Source of the DNA: Chlorokybus atmophyticus
Taxonomy: Eukaryota; Plantae; Mesostigma and Chlorokybus algae
Direction of reading: 5' to 3'
DNA length: 64,000 bases
NCBI GenBank assembly: GCA_009103225.1
Contig: RHPI01002069.1
Span: 124,001 to 188,000, forward strand
The position numbers were made by a program, and so were the translations under genes. Within the stretch, counting starts at the first letter, position 1; each line of letters begins with the position of its first letter. This document shows positions 47,780-61,884 of this stretch, in pieces. Below the pieces are notes generated by a model that searched no databases, had not been told where the DNA came from, and saw only the letters and a list, made by a program, of their open reading frames with translations.

Positions 47780-50700
47780 CTACGCTGCCCCGGGAGCCTT
47801 CGTCCCCACCACCCCCTGCTCTCCTCCTAACCTCTCCTCCTCCTTGTTCAGCCCCTGCTTGTCAACCCCCTCCTTATTGCCAGCATTGATATACGCCAGA
47901 TACCCGGGATGTTGACTCGACCCATCCGTCTCCGCTCCCAACTCCCTCTCCTTCTCCTTCTCCTCCTTCCCTTCCTCCACATCCCTACCACCTCCTCCCT
48001 TCTCCCTCTCCTCCCTCTTCTCCTCCTCCACCAGGTCGATGAAGAACGGCTCCCTGAGCCTCTTGGGGATGAAGAACAGGGTGTCGCGGCCCGTGGTTGA
48101 CTCGAAGTAGGTGATGAGGAACAGGATGGAGATGGTGACCAAGGGAGTGAGGAGGGAGTCGAAACCGGTCCAGTCGTTGAGGTCGGGGGCGGAGAAGGAG
48201 GACTTGTCCCAGTCGCAGGGGGCGCCGGGGTAAGCGTGGTCGTAGTCCTGGGAGAGGGGTGGGTGGTGGGTGGGTATGTGGGCGCGCACACGAATGCACT
48301 GATACACACTCACATGCACTGATACATACCAATGGGCTGCATATGGGGTGTGGTGTGAGTGTAGTGCGCATGTGGCTTCTGGCACGCAAACACACATGCA
48401 CGCATCCATACCCCGACACACACACGTCCGTGCACGTGTGCATGGTACTTATATGCACATAGCCACCCATCCCCGTCTCCACAAGGCCCCCCTCACTCAC
48501 CTGCGCATACTTCCCGTACGGCAGCACGTACGACCCATCCTTGGGCAGCGTGAACTGCAGCGTCAACCTCATCACGATCCCCGTCGAGATGGACACGACG
48601 GCCGCGTTGGGCGTGGCTCTCTTCCAGTACACGGCCGCGAACAGCGCCGGCACGCACGTGGCGGTGGTGATGTCAAACGCCACGATCAGGAGACGACCCG
48701 GGTCGTTGTTGAGCACCGCCGCGAGGGCAGCGAAGAAGGTGAAGGGGATGGTGAGGAGACGGGCGGCGGAGAGGAGGTTGGAACGCTTCACGAACTTGAG
48801 CTTCCTGGGGAGGAGGGGGTGGGTGGGTAAGTGGGTGGGGGTGTGCGTGATGCGTGTGTCTGCAGGTAGCACACGCATGCGCGCGTGGCTGCGTTTTGTT
48901 GGTGCGTGTATGTGCGCGGGTGTGCGTGCATGCATGCGTGTGTTGTGAGTGTTGTGCGCTGCTTAGCGCTGATGTACTATGCAAGTGCTACAGCTCGAGG
49001 CAACACCACTACTCTTGGTAAATTAAGTGTATAGCTAAGCCAACCTGCCACACTATCCCACCTGCAGATGTTGTGCGCGAAAACGGTGGCAGTGGCGAGG
49101 ATCGCCCCGTCCGCCGTGGACATACTGGCGGATATGATCGAACACAGCACCCATATCCCCAACCCAGTAGGCGCCTACACAAGAACAGCATTAGGCCTAT
49201 CACAACAACAACAACACCACCCCACCCCACCCCACCCCTCCTCACCTGTTTGGCCATGAGTTTGACTAACGCCTGATCGTCCGGCACCCACTTGGCGCAG
49301 CTGGGCAGGTCCAGCAGCACGCTGCTCGTGTCGGCGTCGAACTCGGCGTAGTGGCTGTCGGGACCGTAGTAGTAGCGGGCGACGCCGCCCAGGAAGGCGA
49401 ACGGGAGGCCGACGGCGATGGACATGAAGCCGGAGATGAGGCAGGCCACACGGGCGACCTGGGAGGGAGAGACGCTAGTTCTGTGTGTGTGTGCGTCAGT
49501 GTGTACGCATACGTACGAGCGCACGCGCGTATACGCGCACGCACACATGTGCGCACGCGCATGTGTGTACACATGAGTGCGTGTGCACGTTTCCGTGCAT
49601 GTGCATGGGTGTGTGCGTGCGTGCATGCGTGCGTGTGGGTGGGTGTTCTTGTCGCAAGTTGTGTGTCTGACTCACTCTAGGGGACTTGGCTGAGAAGCAT
49701 CGTGCTTGGAAGTCCAGGGCGGCGAGGTTGCCGATAGCCAATGTGATGACTGTCGACTGCAGTGACAAGCGGTCATGACATCGGTGATGACAGAGATAGT
49801 ACTTCCACCTATGCGCGCGAACCACGTCGCGCAGTGTCAGTGATGAGAACTCACCCAGTTGAAGAGAATGGCGTTGGGGAAGGGCCCGAGCGCATTGATA
49901 TTGAACATCTCGTTCCAGTATATAGTCTTGTCCCCATCTGCCACACGCACACACACACACACACACACACGATTACTCACCCTCAACCCACAGCCAACCC
50001 AACCCAAACCTCCCCACCCCCCAACAACCACAACATCTTACTCGGGAACGCCCCGTTGTCGTACTGGCTGGGGTCCAGCGCGGCTATCTCCGCCGCGGTG
50101 ACGGTCCCGCACGCCTCGAAGCCCGGGAAACCCACGGACTTGGCCGCGTGGGTCGGGTGCTTGGCAAGCATGTAGATGGCGCCGATCAGGAGACCGGACC
50201 AGGAGAGGAAGGCCTGCGAGAATGGGTGGGTGGGTGGGTGGGTACCATAGCATATGCGTGTATATATTGCGTAGTTACATGTGCGCACTTGCGACAAGCA
50301 AGTACGTAGACATGCCAGCACACACACACACACGCACGCACGCACACAAAGAGAGAGAGAGAGANNNNNNNNNNNNNNNNNNNNNNNNNNNNNNNNNNNN
50401 NNNNNNNNNNNNNNNNNNNNNNNNNNNNNNNNNNNNNNNNNNNNNNNNNNNNNNNNNNNNNNNNNNNNNNNNNNNNNNNNNNNNNNNNNNNNNNNNNNNN
50501 NNNNNNNNNNNNNNNNNNNNNNNNNNNNNNNNNNNNNNNNNNNNNNNNNNNNNNNNNNNNNNNNNNNNNNNNNNNNNNNNNNNNNNNNNNNNNNNNNNNN
50601 NNNNNNNNNNNNNNNNNNNNNNNNNNNNNNNNNNNNNNNNNNNNNNNNNNNNNNNNNNNNNNNNNNNNNNNNNNNNNNNNNNNNNNNNNNNNNNNNNNNN

Positions 50701-52153
50701 NNNNNNNNNNNNNNNNNNNNNNNNNNNNNNNNNNNNNNNNNNNNNNNNNNNNNNNNNNNNNNNNNNNNNNNNNNNNNNNNNNNNNNNNNNNNNNNNNNNN
50801 NNNNNNNNNNNNNNNNNNNNNNNNNNNNNNNNNNNNNNNNNNNNNNNNNNNNNNNNNNNNNNNNNNNNNNNNNNNNNNNNNNNNNNNNNNNNNNNNNNNN
50901 NNNNNNNNNNNNNNNNNNNNNNNNNNNNNNNNNNNNNNNNNNNNNNNNNNNNNNNNNNNNNNNNNNNNNNNNNNNNNNNNNNNNNNNNNNNNNNNNNNNN
51001 NNNNNNNNNNNNNNNNNNNNNNNNNNNNNNNNNNNNNNNNNNNNNNNNNNNNNNNNNNNNNNNNNNNNNNNNNNNNNNNNNNNNNNNNNNNNNNNNNNNN
51101 NNNNNNNNNNNNNNNNNNNNNNNNNNNNNNNNNNNNNNNNNNNNNNNNNNNNNNNNNNNNNNNNNNNNNNNNNNNNNNNNNNNNNNNNNNNNNNNNNNNN
51201 NNNNNNNNNNNNNNNNNNNNNNNNNNNNNNNNNNNNNNNNNNNNNNNNNNNNNNNNNNNNNNNNNNNNNNNNNNNNNNNNNNNNNNNNNNNNNNNNNNNN
51301 NNNNNNNNNNNNNNNNNNNNNNGGGGGTATATGGGTATATGCACGGGAGCGTGCGCGTGCGCGTGCATGTATGTACACTGTTACACACGTGCGTGCGTGT
51401 GTGTGCATCGCAATGTGGGGACCATGTATGTGCCCTTGCGTACCAGGAATAGGCTGAGTCCAAGGCCAATGGGGATGACCGCCCCGTCGAAATACTGATA
51501 TCTGTATGCGTACTGCACCGACCCCAGCGTGGCGTTGCTGTCGAGACTGCTCGACGCCAGCATCATCGTCACGAACAGCAGGTTCATCCTCCTCCCCGCC
51601 ACGAAGAAGTTCTGTTACACGCGTGATGCGTATGTACACGTGTGCAATGCGTTTCGATATGTGAGATGCGATGTGTGAAGCGTGTATTCACCTCTGCTTT
51701 GCCTTTGATCATGATGGTGGACACGACGCCGATGATGAAGAAGGCGACCATGGTGAAGATGACGGGGAGGCCGAATATGAGGGAGAGGTGGTTGCGGGTC
51801 CATTCGGCCGGCGTGGGGATGAGGCACACCTGCTCCTGGCACGCCACACCTGTGTGCGTGCATGCGCACGTGCGTGAGAGCGTGTATGCATGTGCGTATG
51901 CAAGAACACAGTGAGGGACAGTTTGCACTCGCGGGTGCAAGGGCAAAGTGAGTCCAAAGCCTTGCATGGTGAGCAGGCTCAAGAGAGAGGAGTGCTTCTC
52001 CCGGTTCTTGTCAATATTGATCAGGGAACACACATCCATTACGTGCGTAGGTGTGCATGTGCATAAGTATGTGACTGTAGTTTGCATCACTCAATCACCT
52101 TCAGCCACCAGCGTCTCATTGCAGAAGTACGTCCAGTTGCCGGTGTCCGCCAT
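47780..52153 (-). CDS. Sodium:solute symporter (SSS/SLC5 family), interrupted by an assembly gap
   Basis: NFFVAGRRMNLLFVTMMLASSSLDSNATLG, AIGNLAALDFQARCFSAKSP, SIISASMSTADGAILA, ALFAAVYWKRATPNAAVVS; multiple transmembrane segments. Confidence 0.85.
50365..51321. other. Assembly gap (N run) inside the SSS gene; an 18-N gap also at 25910-25927
   Basis: Run of N flanked by a (GA)n tract and a G tract. Confidence 0.98.
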
Positions 52154-53225
52154 GTTGTTAGCAGCAACAGCAGCAGCAGCAGGCTGCTCTGCTCTGACGC
52201 GGGTTCAAGCTATACAGCAACCCACACTCCCCACCAGCAAGAGAGACTGACAACGACTGGCACAATCACCGCAACGCTGAGGAGGAGGGCAACCACAACT
52301 AGTACACCACTACACCTATCACTTCAGTGTGTTTGTGACACCTACTAAGCCTAAGCAGGAACCTCTTCTAGCTAGCGCAGTCGATTCCCCCCCCTGCGTT
52401 CAGTGGTGCTGCCGACAATGCCGCTGCCGCCGCTATCTCTCCTCCTCTGCGGTGAGGGCGCCACCGACAAGCATACACACGCAGAGGCTCTACCAGGCAC
52501 ACCACAATGGTGAGGTTTGCTCTCACAGTGTGCAGTGCCAGCCCAAGCCTCAAATGAAATAAAGAACTTGTCACACATGAACAGTGCTGATTTCGTTGAC
52601 GTGCGAAGTCCACTATCAGAGGCCTTAAAGGCCCACTAAAGGCATGCTGCATAACCCCGGGGCAAAACTACAAACTTTCAGGAGAGTGAAAGTCTCCTGG
52701 CCCTTTGCCTCTCGCGCAACTTCAAGCCTTGAAGAGTCGGTCATGTGACGCCCCGCGTCGCCAAGATGACCGGTATACTCACCGCGTACATCCGGCAGCG
52801 TCGCCTCAAGCGACCGGTTTGTATAGGCGTTGTCAGCCGGTTTCAGGCAAGAGGACCGTCCGTAGCGTGTCGTCCTCTGGGCGGACCCCTTCGGCCCCCG
52901 CAGAGGCTGGAGCGGTGTGAGTGGTGTGACACACTCTCGCTCATGACAAAGTGGCCCCTCCACCGCGAAAAGCCGGGCTGGAACAGAAAGGGGGAAACCC
53001 TGATCAGTGTGAGCACTGCTCACTGATCACGTTGGACACGACACCAGCTTGAGTGCGTCCGTTTTGGTTCAGTAAACTGAGCACTGCGGCTTGGCGTCGC
53101 CGGGGTGGTGGGGGTGGTCGTGGTCGTGGTCGTGGTCGTGGTGGGGGTGGGGGTGGGGGGGTGGTGTTAGTCTGGAGAGTGGTGTGACTGCGCTGGGCAA
53201 GGGGGGGGTAAACACATACACAGCG

Positions 53226-56028
53226 ATGACGGCGGCGGGGCAGGAGACGTGGAAGGCGGCCAAGGCGCTTGCGGAGCAGTACGGCGGCGACGTGCGGGCG
53301 CTGGAGAAGGCCGCCGTCGCCGACCCGGCCATCCTCCACGCACTCCAGCTTCAGGATCCCGCCGTCCCCTACGACTCGCCATTTCCCGTGGTAGGACTAG
53401 TGCACTCGCTCACATGCAATTGGACACATACTTGGCATGCATGTTGCATTAACTAGCAGAGCTGCTCAGGTGATGGCCTGCTTGCTCTGTACAAACTGAA
53501 ACTGCAAACATGCAGCAATTGCATTGCTGTGGTACAACCGAGTTTGAAGTCGTCCAAATTGGAGTGCACTCCACTGACAGCAAGTGAACAGCGTTCCAAT
53601 CTGAACTGCATGCAGATGAACTGACTTGCACTGTTTGGGCTGTATGCAACTGGGCGAGTGGTGAAGTGATGTGTCAATTGTCGTACGTGTTGTGGTGCAG
53701 GATGAGGTTGACATTGTCATTCCCACCATCCGCAACCTGGACTTCCTTGAGATGTGGCGACCATACCTCATCAACTGTCACCTCATCATCGTGAAGGACG
53801 GGGATCCCAATGCGGTATGCACATTCAATGCTACAGTGCAGGCTAGTATGCATATCATGCGCACACACATGCACATACGGGCGGGTGCACATGCATGTGC
53901 CCCCCCCCCCCCCCCCCCCCCCCCCNACGCGCATACGCACAAATTGGTGCGCTAGCTTGGCCTTGCACTCGTGATCAATACTATACGCCTTTGGCCGCTC
54001 TTTTATATATATCATCGTGCAGACAGTGAGCGTGCCAGAGGGGTACTCGTACGACATGTACACGCGGGCGGACATGGAGAGGGTGATGGGGCCGAGGGTG
54101 AAGTGCATATCGCAGCGCTCTGCAGCGTGCCGATGCTTCGGTTTCCTCGTCTCTAAGAAGAAGTACATCCTCACCATCGACGACGACTGCTTCGTGAGTC
54201 ATACATATTGCATTCGTTGCTATCATCGCGAGTGTAATAACACTCACAATGACACTACATCCAGGTGGCAAAAACACCACAAGGCAAAGATGTTGACATC
54301 TTACAAGGTCATCTGTTCAACTTGAAGACGCCTGCGCTCCCGTACTACTTCAACACCATGTACGACCCGTATGAACCCGGTGCGAGCAGCACGCACGCAC
54401 GCACACACGCACACACGCGCACTCACAATCATGCACACACACACGCGTGCACACGCTCTCGCGCACACATACGCACATATGCATGTGACATCACTTGACG
54501 ATTGTGAACGCGTGCTGCAGATGCGGACTTCGTGGCGTGCTATCCGTATAGTCTCCGGCAAGGCGTGCCCACGGCCATGTCCCATGGAATGTGGCTGAAC
54601 ATCCCGTAAGTTGTTACAAGGTTGTCGTGTGCTTATACCCAGACACATAGTGGAGTGTTCCATCAACATACCCAACCGGGTGATACGCTAACCATGCTGA
54701 CTTACATGTCAACACTGCGCAGAGACTATGATGGCCCCACACAGCTGGCAATTGACGCTTCATCAAAACCTGCTGAGAAGAGTTTCAGGTGAGTGCAGTG
54801 ACCACCCCACCTTCGGTGTATCATGTTTGTTCATGGACGTGTGACACGCAGGTATGTGGATGCCACGCTAACGCTACCTAAGGGCACACTCTTCTCGTGT
54901 TGCGGCATGAACCTCTCATTCGATCGAACACTCGTCGGGTAAGCAGCAAAGAGTGGGTGTCGAACCATCAATGTACGCACATGGATCTTGTGCATGATGC
55001 AGACAATCTTGTCGCCGGTCATTGCGCGCTTTGCAGAGTAGTCTTTGCTGCAGATAGCCTTCTAATAACCGTCTTTCTCACGTGCCAGGCCGTGCATGTA
55101 CTTTGGGCTGATGGGCATGGTAGGTGCGCCACCTCAGTTATGTTGTTGCTGAGGTAGTTGCATGTACCTGCTTCGATTCAAATATACCCGATACGCGCTT
55201 TGATGACTGCACGCGCACCCTCACTCAGGGCACGCCTTGGGGTCGGTATGAAGACATGTGGGCTGGCTGGTGCACCAAGGTAAACAACGCATCTCACGAT
55301 GGGTATTAGCAACAGAACAGTCGATGCGAATATGTTGGAATGAACATACAAGGGAGTGATTGAATGACAAGCTTTTTGTCTGCCGCATCAGGTGATTTGC
55401 GACCACTTGGGTCTCGGGGTAAAGACTGGCAAGCCGTATGTCTGGCACAGCAAGGCGTCCAATGCGTACGCAAACTGGAGCGTGGAGGCCAAGGGCATAG
55501 AGTGGCAGGACACCATCGTACCCTTCTTTCAGGTGAGCAGGTTGTTGCGTGTGGTTTGCGCTGTCACCTTGCACCATGCGCGCGCGTGCGTGGGNAGCGG
55601 GGGGGGGCATAAAGTGGGTCCGACCACCTCACATGAGAGCACTTGTGCCTAACAGAAGCTTGACGTGGTGAGAACGACTGCTCTTAGGGGGTGCACATTG
55701 GGCTGCTGTTTTGGTCAAGGGAATACCGATCTCATAAAAGGGCTGTGCCTTGTGTGTGCAGAATCTACAGCTCAACGGGGCATCGGTGCAAGAGTGCTAC
55801 AGAGAGATAGCTGAAGCGGTAATATGCATCACGACTCAATTGTCTCGTTGTTCATGTTGGTTGCAGCATACATGGTGGTTGTTTTCGTAACTTTCTTTGG
55901 TACAGGTCCGGCAAGAGCTGACCAAGCTGGACCCTTACTTCAATCTGATGGCGGACATGATGCTCATGTGGCTGGACGCATGGAACGAGCTCTGTCCCGA
56001 TACGCCGGGTTACCACAAAACGCCGTAA
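53226..56028 (+). CDS. RGP: Reversibly glycosylated polypeptide / UDP-arabinopyranose mutase family (GT75), divergent copy
   Basis: [109 protein letters not shown]. Confidence 0.93.
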
Positions 56029-57856
56029 TGCAGGCCGTGCTCGCGCAGTCCCTCAAGCATGTACATGACCATCGTTGTAGTGGTTACTAGAGGTATGTAT
56101 TATCTTTCACCAAGAGGGCAACGTATTTATAGTACTCAGGAAGGATTCGGGTTTGTTGCAGTGCTCGGTTGGAAAATTGCGCTTGTGTACTGCTGTTGAG
56201 TTGCACAAAAGCAACAGGTGTAATGGCTTTTCTCGACACAGATTGTGTTACATGGATCAGGCAACCGCATATCGACTATCAGCTTAGCCATGGTTGCACT
56301 ATTTCTCCTGCCGCGCTCGTGCCTTTTGTCAAACCATACAAACTACCATGCCGTTTCCGTTTGTTGATATTTCACTTTTTATGGTTCCCTGCGTGCTGCT
56401 ATTCATTAGTCAAGGCCTTCGCAACTGTACAGGATGAGCGTGCGGCTGTGTTTTTCTTTCGGTTTGACCACAGGTAGACCGGTTGCGACAATTGCATGGG
56501 CGTCTGTATGCATAGGTGTACAGAATATGCACGTGATGCATGCAACGTGGGCGTGGGCTACACCAATCAAGCTGATCTGGACGCTAACTGAGCTACATGG
56601 CGGGACATGGCTGCCCAAAGTGCCACACTAGTGAGCGATCGTCCCCTCTGTTACATGTACACGCAAGTATCGCTGTCAATAGCAAATGTGCGAGAACACA
56701 AGCACAGCCAAGACACCGCCTGGTAACATCTCCCACCAGGATATGCACTCGACCTGTTGCTGATTTCTGTTTGACCATTCCAAGTCATCAGCACACAGCA
56801 GTGTGCCGCATGCCGTGCATGGAACTGCATGCTGCGCGCCAACCCTAACGCTGGCTGCAGCGATGCAGCTGCGGGCATCGGCAGAGCATCCAGATGGTTG
56901 GAGGAGGGCGGGGGTAGGGAAGGGAGGAGGGAGGGGAAGTCCAAGTCCTGCTGCTGTTGTGACCGCTGGTGCTGCAAATGGGCCGCTAAGCAGGTGGCGC
57001 TGGTGCAGGTAACCACGATTGCAACGTGTGCATGCATGACTGACGGGGGGGGCGTAGATGTAGGTGTAGGAGTAGAGTGTAATAAATAGAGTGCAAGGAT
57101 TGTAGGTAGCCCGGTGGTCGCGTATATAGCACGAGGTGAGTGTGATCTGCAGAGTGTTGCATGCGTGGTGTGGTCTGAATGGGCATACCACAGAGCAGAG
57201 GGCGAGGAAGGAGGCGGAGCCAGGGAGAGAGGGAGGGGGAGTCCTGGTCGCCAATGTGCATGCTGTCTGCGTGACCGAAAGCGCCAACAACTGACCAACG
57301 CCCATGTGGGCAGGTGATTACCAACTGCATATTGGCTGCTGCATGTCTAACGGGGTAGAGGCAGTAGATTAGCGTGCTAGTAGTAGCCCGGTGGTCAAAT
57401 TATTGTCATTTGTAAGACACCTTGCATGTGTTGCTATGTGCTGACTGAACTACACGTTGTGCATGCGCATGCATGTCCTGCATTTGATGTACCCCTCTCG
57501 CACTTTCTGTACTCTAGACCTGCAAGTTCCTGAGGCTGACAGAACAGTGATGAAATCTACCACTGTGCCCTCCCACCCCGATCTCCACACCCTCATACCC
57601 ACCTCAACCCACCCACCCACGTACAACGCTGCACCTGAACTGTGACGAATGACACACTACTGTAACAGAAACAAACACATGAGAACATGTTGCCCCACAG
57701 GCAGCGGAGAGCGGGTACTCCCGCAACACAAAACGCACGACTTGCAAAAGCTCTCCCTCCATGCCGAACAACTCCTAACCAACAAAACTGACGCTACGAA
57801 CAACAGAAGCGTGACAACGCTGCGGAAAACTTGCAACCGACCCATAGTCTGTCATT

Positions 57857-60788
57857 CTAGTACTTGTAGTCCTTGACGTGCAGGGACTCCTGCGACGCGG
57901 CGTCGCCAGCACTGCCAGAATACTTGCCAAGAGAAGCTTGGCCATTGGCCTCGGCACGTGTGAGGAAGGCCTTCTGAGCAGCGGAGATGTTTTCCTTCTT
58001 GCCGCCCCATGCCTACAACCACACAGCAACCAGCTCAGCAATAAAGGAGGACAGTGTCAATATGGCAACATTGATGTTTACCATTAAGGGCAAGCTTGCA
58101 ACTCAACCATGGCATGCATATAGTTGCACCTATGATGCTTGCACAACATGAATAACAATTAACCTCAATGCTGAACGGCATGTGCAGTTTGATCATGACA
58201 TGAAAGTTAAACTCCTCTCGAGGACCATACAGGGCCTGCCGGAATTTCGCACAAACTGCAGCGGTGGGTACCTTGAGGGTAGATGACTGCAGAGCACGGC
58301 CATACGAGAAGCTCAAAGCCCATGGCTTCTTTGTGCTCAACTTGTTCATGGCGTCCAAGTTCTTTGTAGCCTCCTCCTCACTCTGCCATCCACGAAGCCA
58401 ACAAAGGTTTGTAATGCACCTTTAATAGGCGGCGCTGAACAGAACTGCTTGTTTGCGCAGAACCGTCAGCGCGTTGAGAGCGCGCCTTTTAGAAGTTTGC
58501 ACGGGTCACAAAACGAACAGTGCTTGTGGCACAAACTTCCTTACAACCTAATCCACTTGCCTGACCACCAGAGAGGAAGTGAATGCCAGGCACTGCAGGC
58601 GGGACAGTGCGCTGCAGTGCACGCACAGTGTGCAGAGCGATCTAGAAATGTAACAGGAGTGGTGAGTGCCTGTAGGCAATGCAACTGAGATGCGTCACCT
58701 CAAACCTTGCACAACTGAGGTACCTCCTCAGGGGAAGCCCTGTTCGGACACTGCGCACCGGGCGTGACCATGTTGGGCTTGAGCAAGGTGCCCTCCAGCA
58801 TCACCTGAGAACGCGCACCACATGCTCAGGACATGTACTTGTTGTCCAGGCGGCGAAAGTAAGGTGGCACTTACATGATGATCACTGAGTGCCTTGTAGC
58901 AAGCAGCAATCACGCGCTCAGTCACATCAGCGCACTTTTGAATGGAGTGATCGCCATCGCTCAGGACTTCTGGCTCAACAATTGGAACCAAACCATTCTC
59001 CTGAAAACCGCTAAATGTAAGAGTTTGCTGCTGCTGTTCGCTGCTTGTCATACCATAAACACACTCATGCAAAAGCTAGTCAATTGTCTGCAAGGTTGCT
59101 TGTGCACTGAGATGCTAGTGGTAAACATACTGAAACCAAATAGATCATGCTATCAGCTTGTGGTGCAACAAGCTGTCATCAAGCGCTGTGCACACATTGA
59201 CACCAGATGCAATGACATGAAGCAGACCGGATAGCAGACAAGCATACGCGTGACGCTGCACCCAGAATTACCTGGCAGATTGCAGCATATCGCGCAAGAC
59301 CGTAGGCATTTTCGTGGATGGCAAGTTCTGAAGGGCAGCTATCTGAAATCTTCAGCACTGCGCGCCACTACATACAACATAAAGTCAGCCCTAGTGAAAT
59401 ACAGTAGTGCATATGTCCCTCGGATTGCTCCCTGCCCCCATCGGCATTGTTGCTCACCAACGCCACATGTCAAGGACTCGCCAACCCAGAAGCATATGCT
59501 GGCAGTAACTGGCCAGCTCACCAATGCTGCTTAAAACCTTTACAGGGGCACAGCTTACCTTGGCGAAGCGAGCACCGGCTTTGTAGTACTCAGCGCAACG
59601 CGAGCCCAAGCTATCCATACCCTAGAAAAGACAGCATTAGCAGATGCGCCAAAGCAACACACACAGTATGACCTGTGCACAAGAGTATGAGGCACGAGTT
59701 ACCTGTGTGGTGGTCTCACCATCAGTACCGGGCAATTCCACGACACCCTTGTCAACCTGTGATGAAAGACAAAGGTGATGACTGTGTCATGACTTTTTGC
59801 AAATTAAGCAAAAGATGTGCAAACATGCCACAATGGGATAGGGCAACATGCTTAATGCGATAGGGCACCGTCGTGAGCGCTTACCTTGATACCAGGGATA
59901 ACCCCCAACTTCTTCATGACCTCAACAAATGGAGTGCCATCATTTGCCTTCTGGTACCTGCAAATTGCAAACAATTACCGCAGACTGTAGTATCATTTCA
60001 CACAGATAGAGTCAAGAGGGCAGTCTCGCACAAGTGTACACCCGCCTGAAGCGCACTTACAAGGTTTCCTCAAACAAGATGACACCGCTGATGTGGTTGT
60101 TCATGCCCTCCGATGTGAAAAGTAACTGCCTCAGCGTTTGGCGGTTGGCCTAGTGCAAAGCAGAAAACCTCAGTGATTATGACGGATCGAGCTGACACTG
60201 ATAATAAGTCGTGACACAGACAGTCCCATCGAAACTTGCCTCGTTGTTCTCAACGTTGATGCCTTGCAGACGCTTGCCAATGGTGCCTGTGCTCTCGTCC
60301 GCAGCCAGAATGCCTTTGCCAGGTGCTGCGATAGCATTCTGGTCGCAACAACAGCCATATGTCAGGTGCATATAGCAAGCCTGACATGGACAGCATGTTG
60401 CAGCTTGCTTCTGGCGAAACGCGCCCGACACTCAAGGCGGCACGGCGGCTGGCTACCACACATGCTGCGCTGCAAACCATGCTGCAATGCAATAACAAGC
60501 AAGAATGCCGCCTGTGCAGAAGACCGCAACCCTGGCACACGCTGCGCAAGCTATGCGCAACTTGAGGCACAAGTTGAAATACAGCACATGATGGCAAGAT
60601 GTTGTTGAAAGGAGCGCCGCTCGCAAACATAACCAAGTTGCCCACTCACAAGCCAACACCGCGTAGCATGCTTGCCGTAGCAAATGCGCCTACTCTTGCT
60701 TCGACAACGTGCATACACCAGAGCCGCACGCACTGCTTACCGCAGTGGCGATGAGCTCCTCCTCATACTTGCTCCTGAAGTGCGACAT
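57857..60788 (-). CDS. FBA: Fructose-bisphosphate aldolase class I, cytosolic
   Basis: [16 protein letters not shown]|[29 protein letters not shown]|[45 protein letters not shown]|[14 protein letters not shown]-terminal ...KDYKY. No transit peptide. Confidence 0.97.
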
Positions 60789-61884
60789 GATTGCGGAGGA
60801 GTTAGCGAACACAAAGTCAGGGGAACAAACAAGCGCCGCCCACAACTACACCTGCGCCCCCGCCCACAACGCCAACAAAGCAAACGCCAATGGTAGCAAG
60901 CTGACAACTTTAAACTGAAGCATGCAATACCGATAACACCTCCAAAGCCGTCGGATCAGTGTCTCGAAGACAGCCTGAACAAACAGATCTGACGGTCACC
61001 TTCTATGATTCTAAGACCAACGTGACATTATGCCGCTGCAGTCGTGATCAAACGGGCGACATGAGCTCAGGGGTCCTTGGATTCAAGCAGAAAGTCCAGT
61101 CGGCAACCGACAAAGTATGCATCCCAGCAGATCAGCACTTTTTGGCCCAGGTGGCAAGTGATCGATAAGACTGCCGAGATATTATTATCGAGGAGGACTG
61201 CAGCATTCGAGCCGGGTTGATAAAGCCTTGTCAACCGGGAAACCCGTCGCTCGGTTTCAGCCGCCCTGTTTCGATCTGGTTCTGAGCCGTATCAGCTAAT
61301 GATTCCCTTTCGGCGTTACAGTGTAGCTTCGGCCAAGCTGCTGCCCAAGCTGTGCAAATTGCACACAAATTGCGGCCTTGTGCGGCCCGAGGCTGCGGAG
61401 GTGGAGGTGGAGGTGGAGAACTACAAGGAGGACGAGGAGGTGGTGGAGGTGGAGGTGGAGGCAGAGCAGGGAGAGGTTGCGTAGTAGTTGTGGTATACTG
61501 GTCAGTTAGTGTCGGACTTTCTGAGGTGACCAGACAGGTGAAGGCAGGAAGTGAGAGGTGAATTGGAGAAAGGCAGGAAGTCTGCAGCAAGGAGTGTTAC
61601 CCGTGCGTGATTTGTTTGCGAGCAGGCTGTTATTGACGTTGCTGCTTTATGTGTGTAAACCACCTGGCGATTGAGGTTGCAAGGCGTAGCTATTGTCCTT
61701 GCGCTGCTTGAGCCAGAACAAGCCACGGCCGAGCAGTAGGCAGGCAGCTCATCAGCTGGCTGTGTGGGATGTGTAGAGCAGGCTAGGGTTTGTGTTGCTT
61801 AGCTGCTTAATCGCTAGCTTCCCGCCCGTGTCGCTGTGTGGGCTATCACATGTTAGCTAGGCCAAGCGGTGCTGGGCAGCTGGG

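Noticed and set aside
49983-51639. Several 400+ aa ORFs in the ORF track
   Set aside because: Artefacts of translating through the N gap.
60940-61300. Hairpins (about 61211-61238 and 61240-61259) and a GAGCCGTAT resembling group II intron domain V
   Set aside because: The rest of domain V and its stem are absent; probably promoter/UTR sequence between FBA and CorA.
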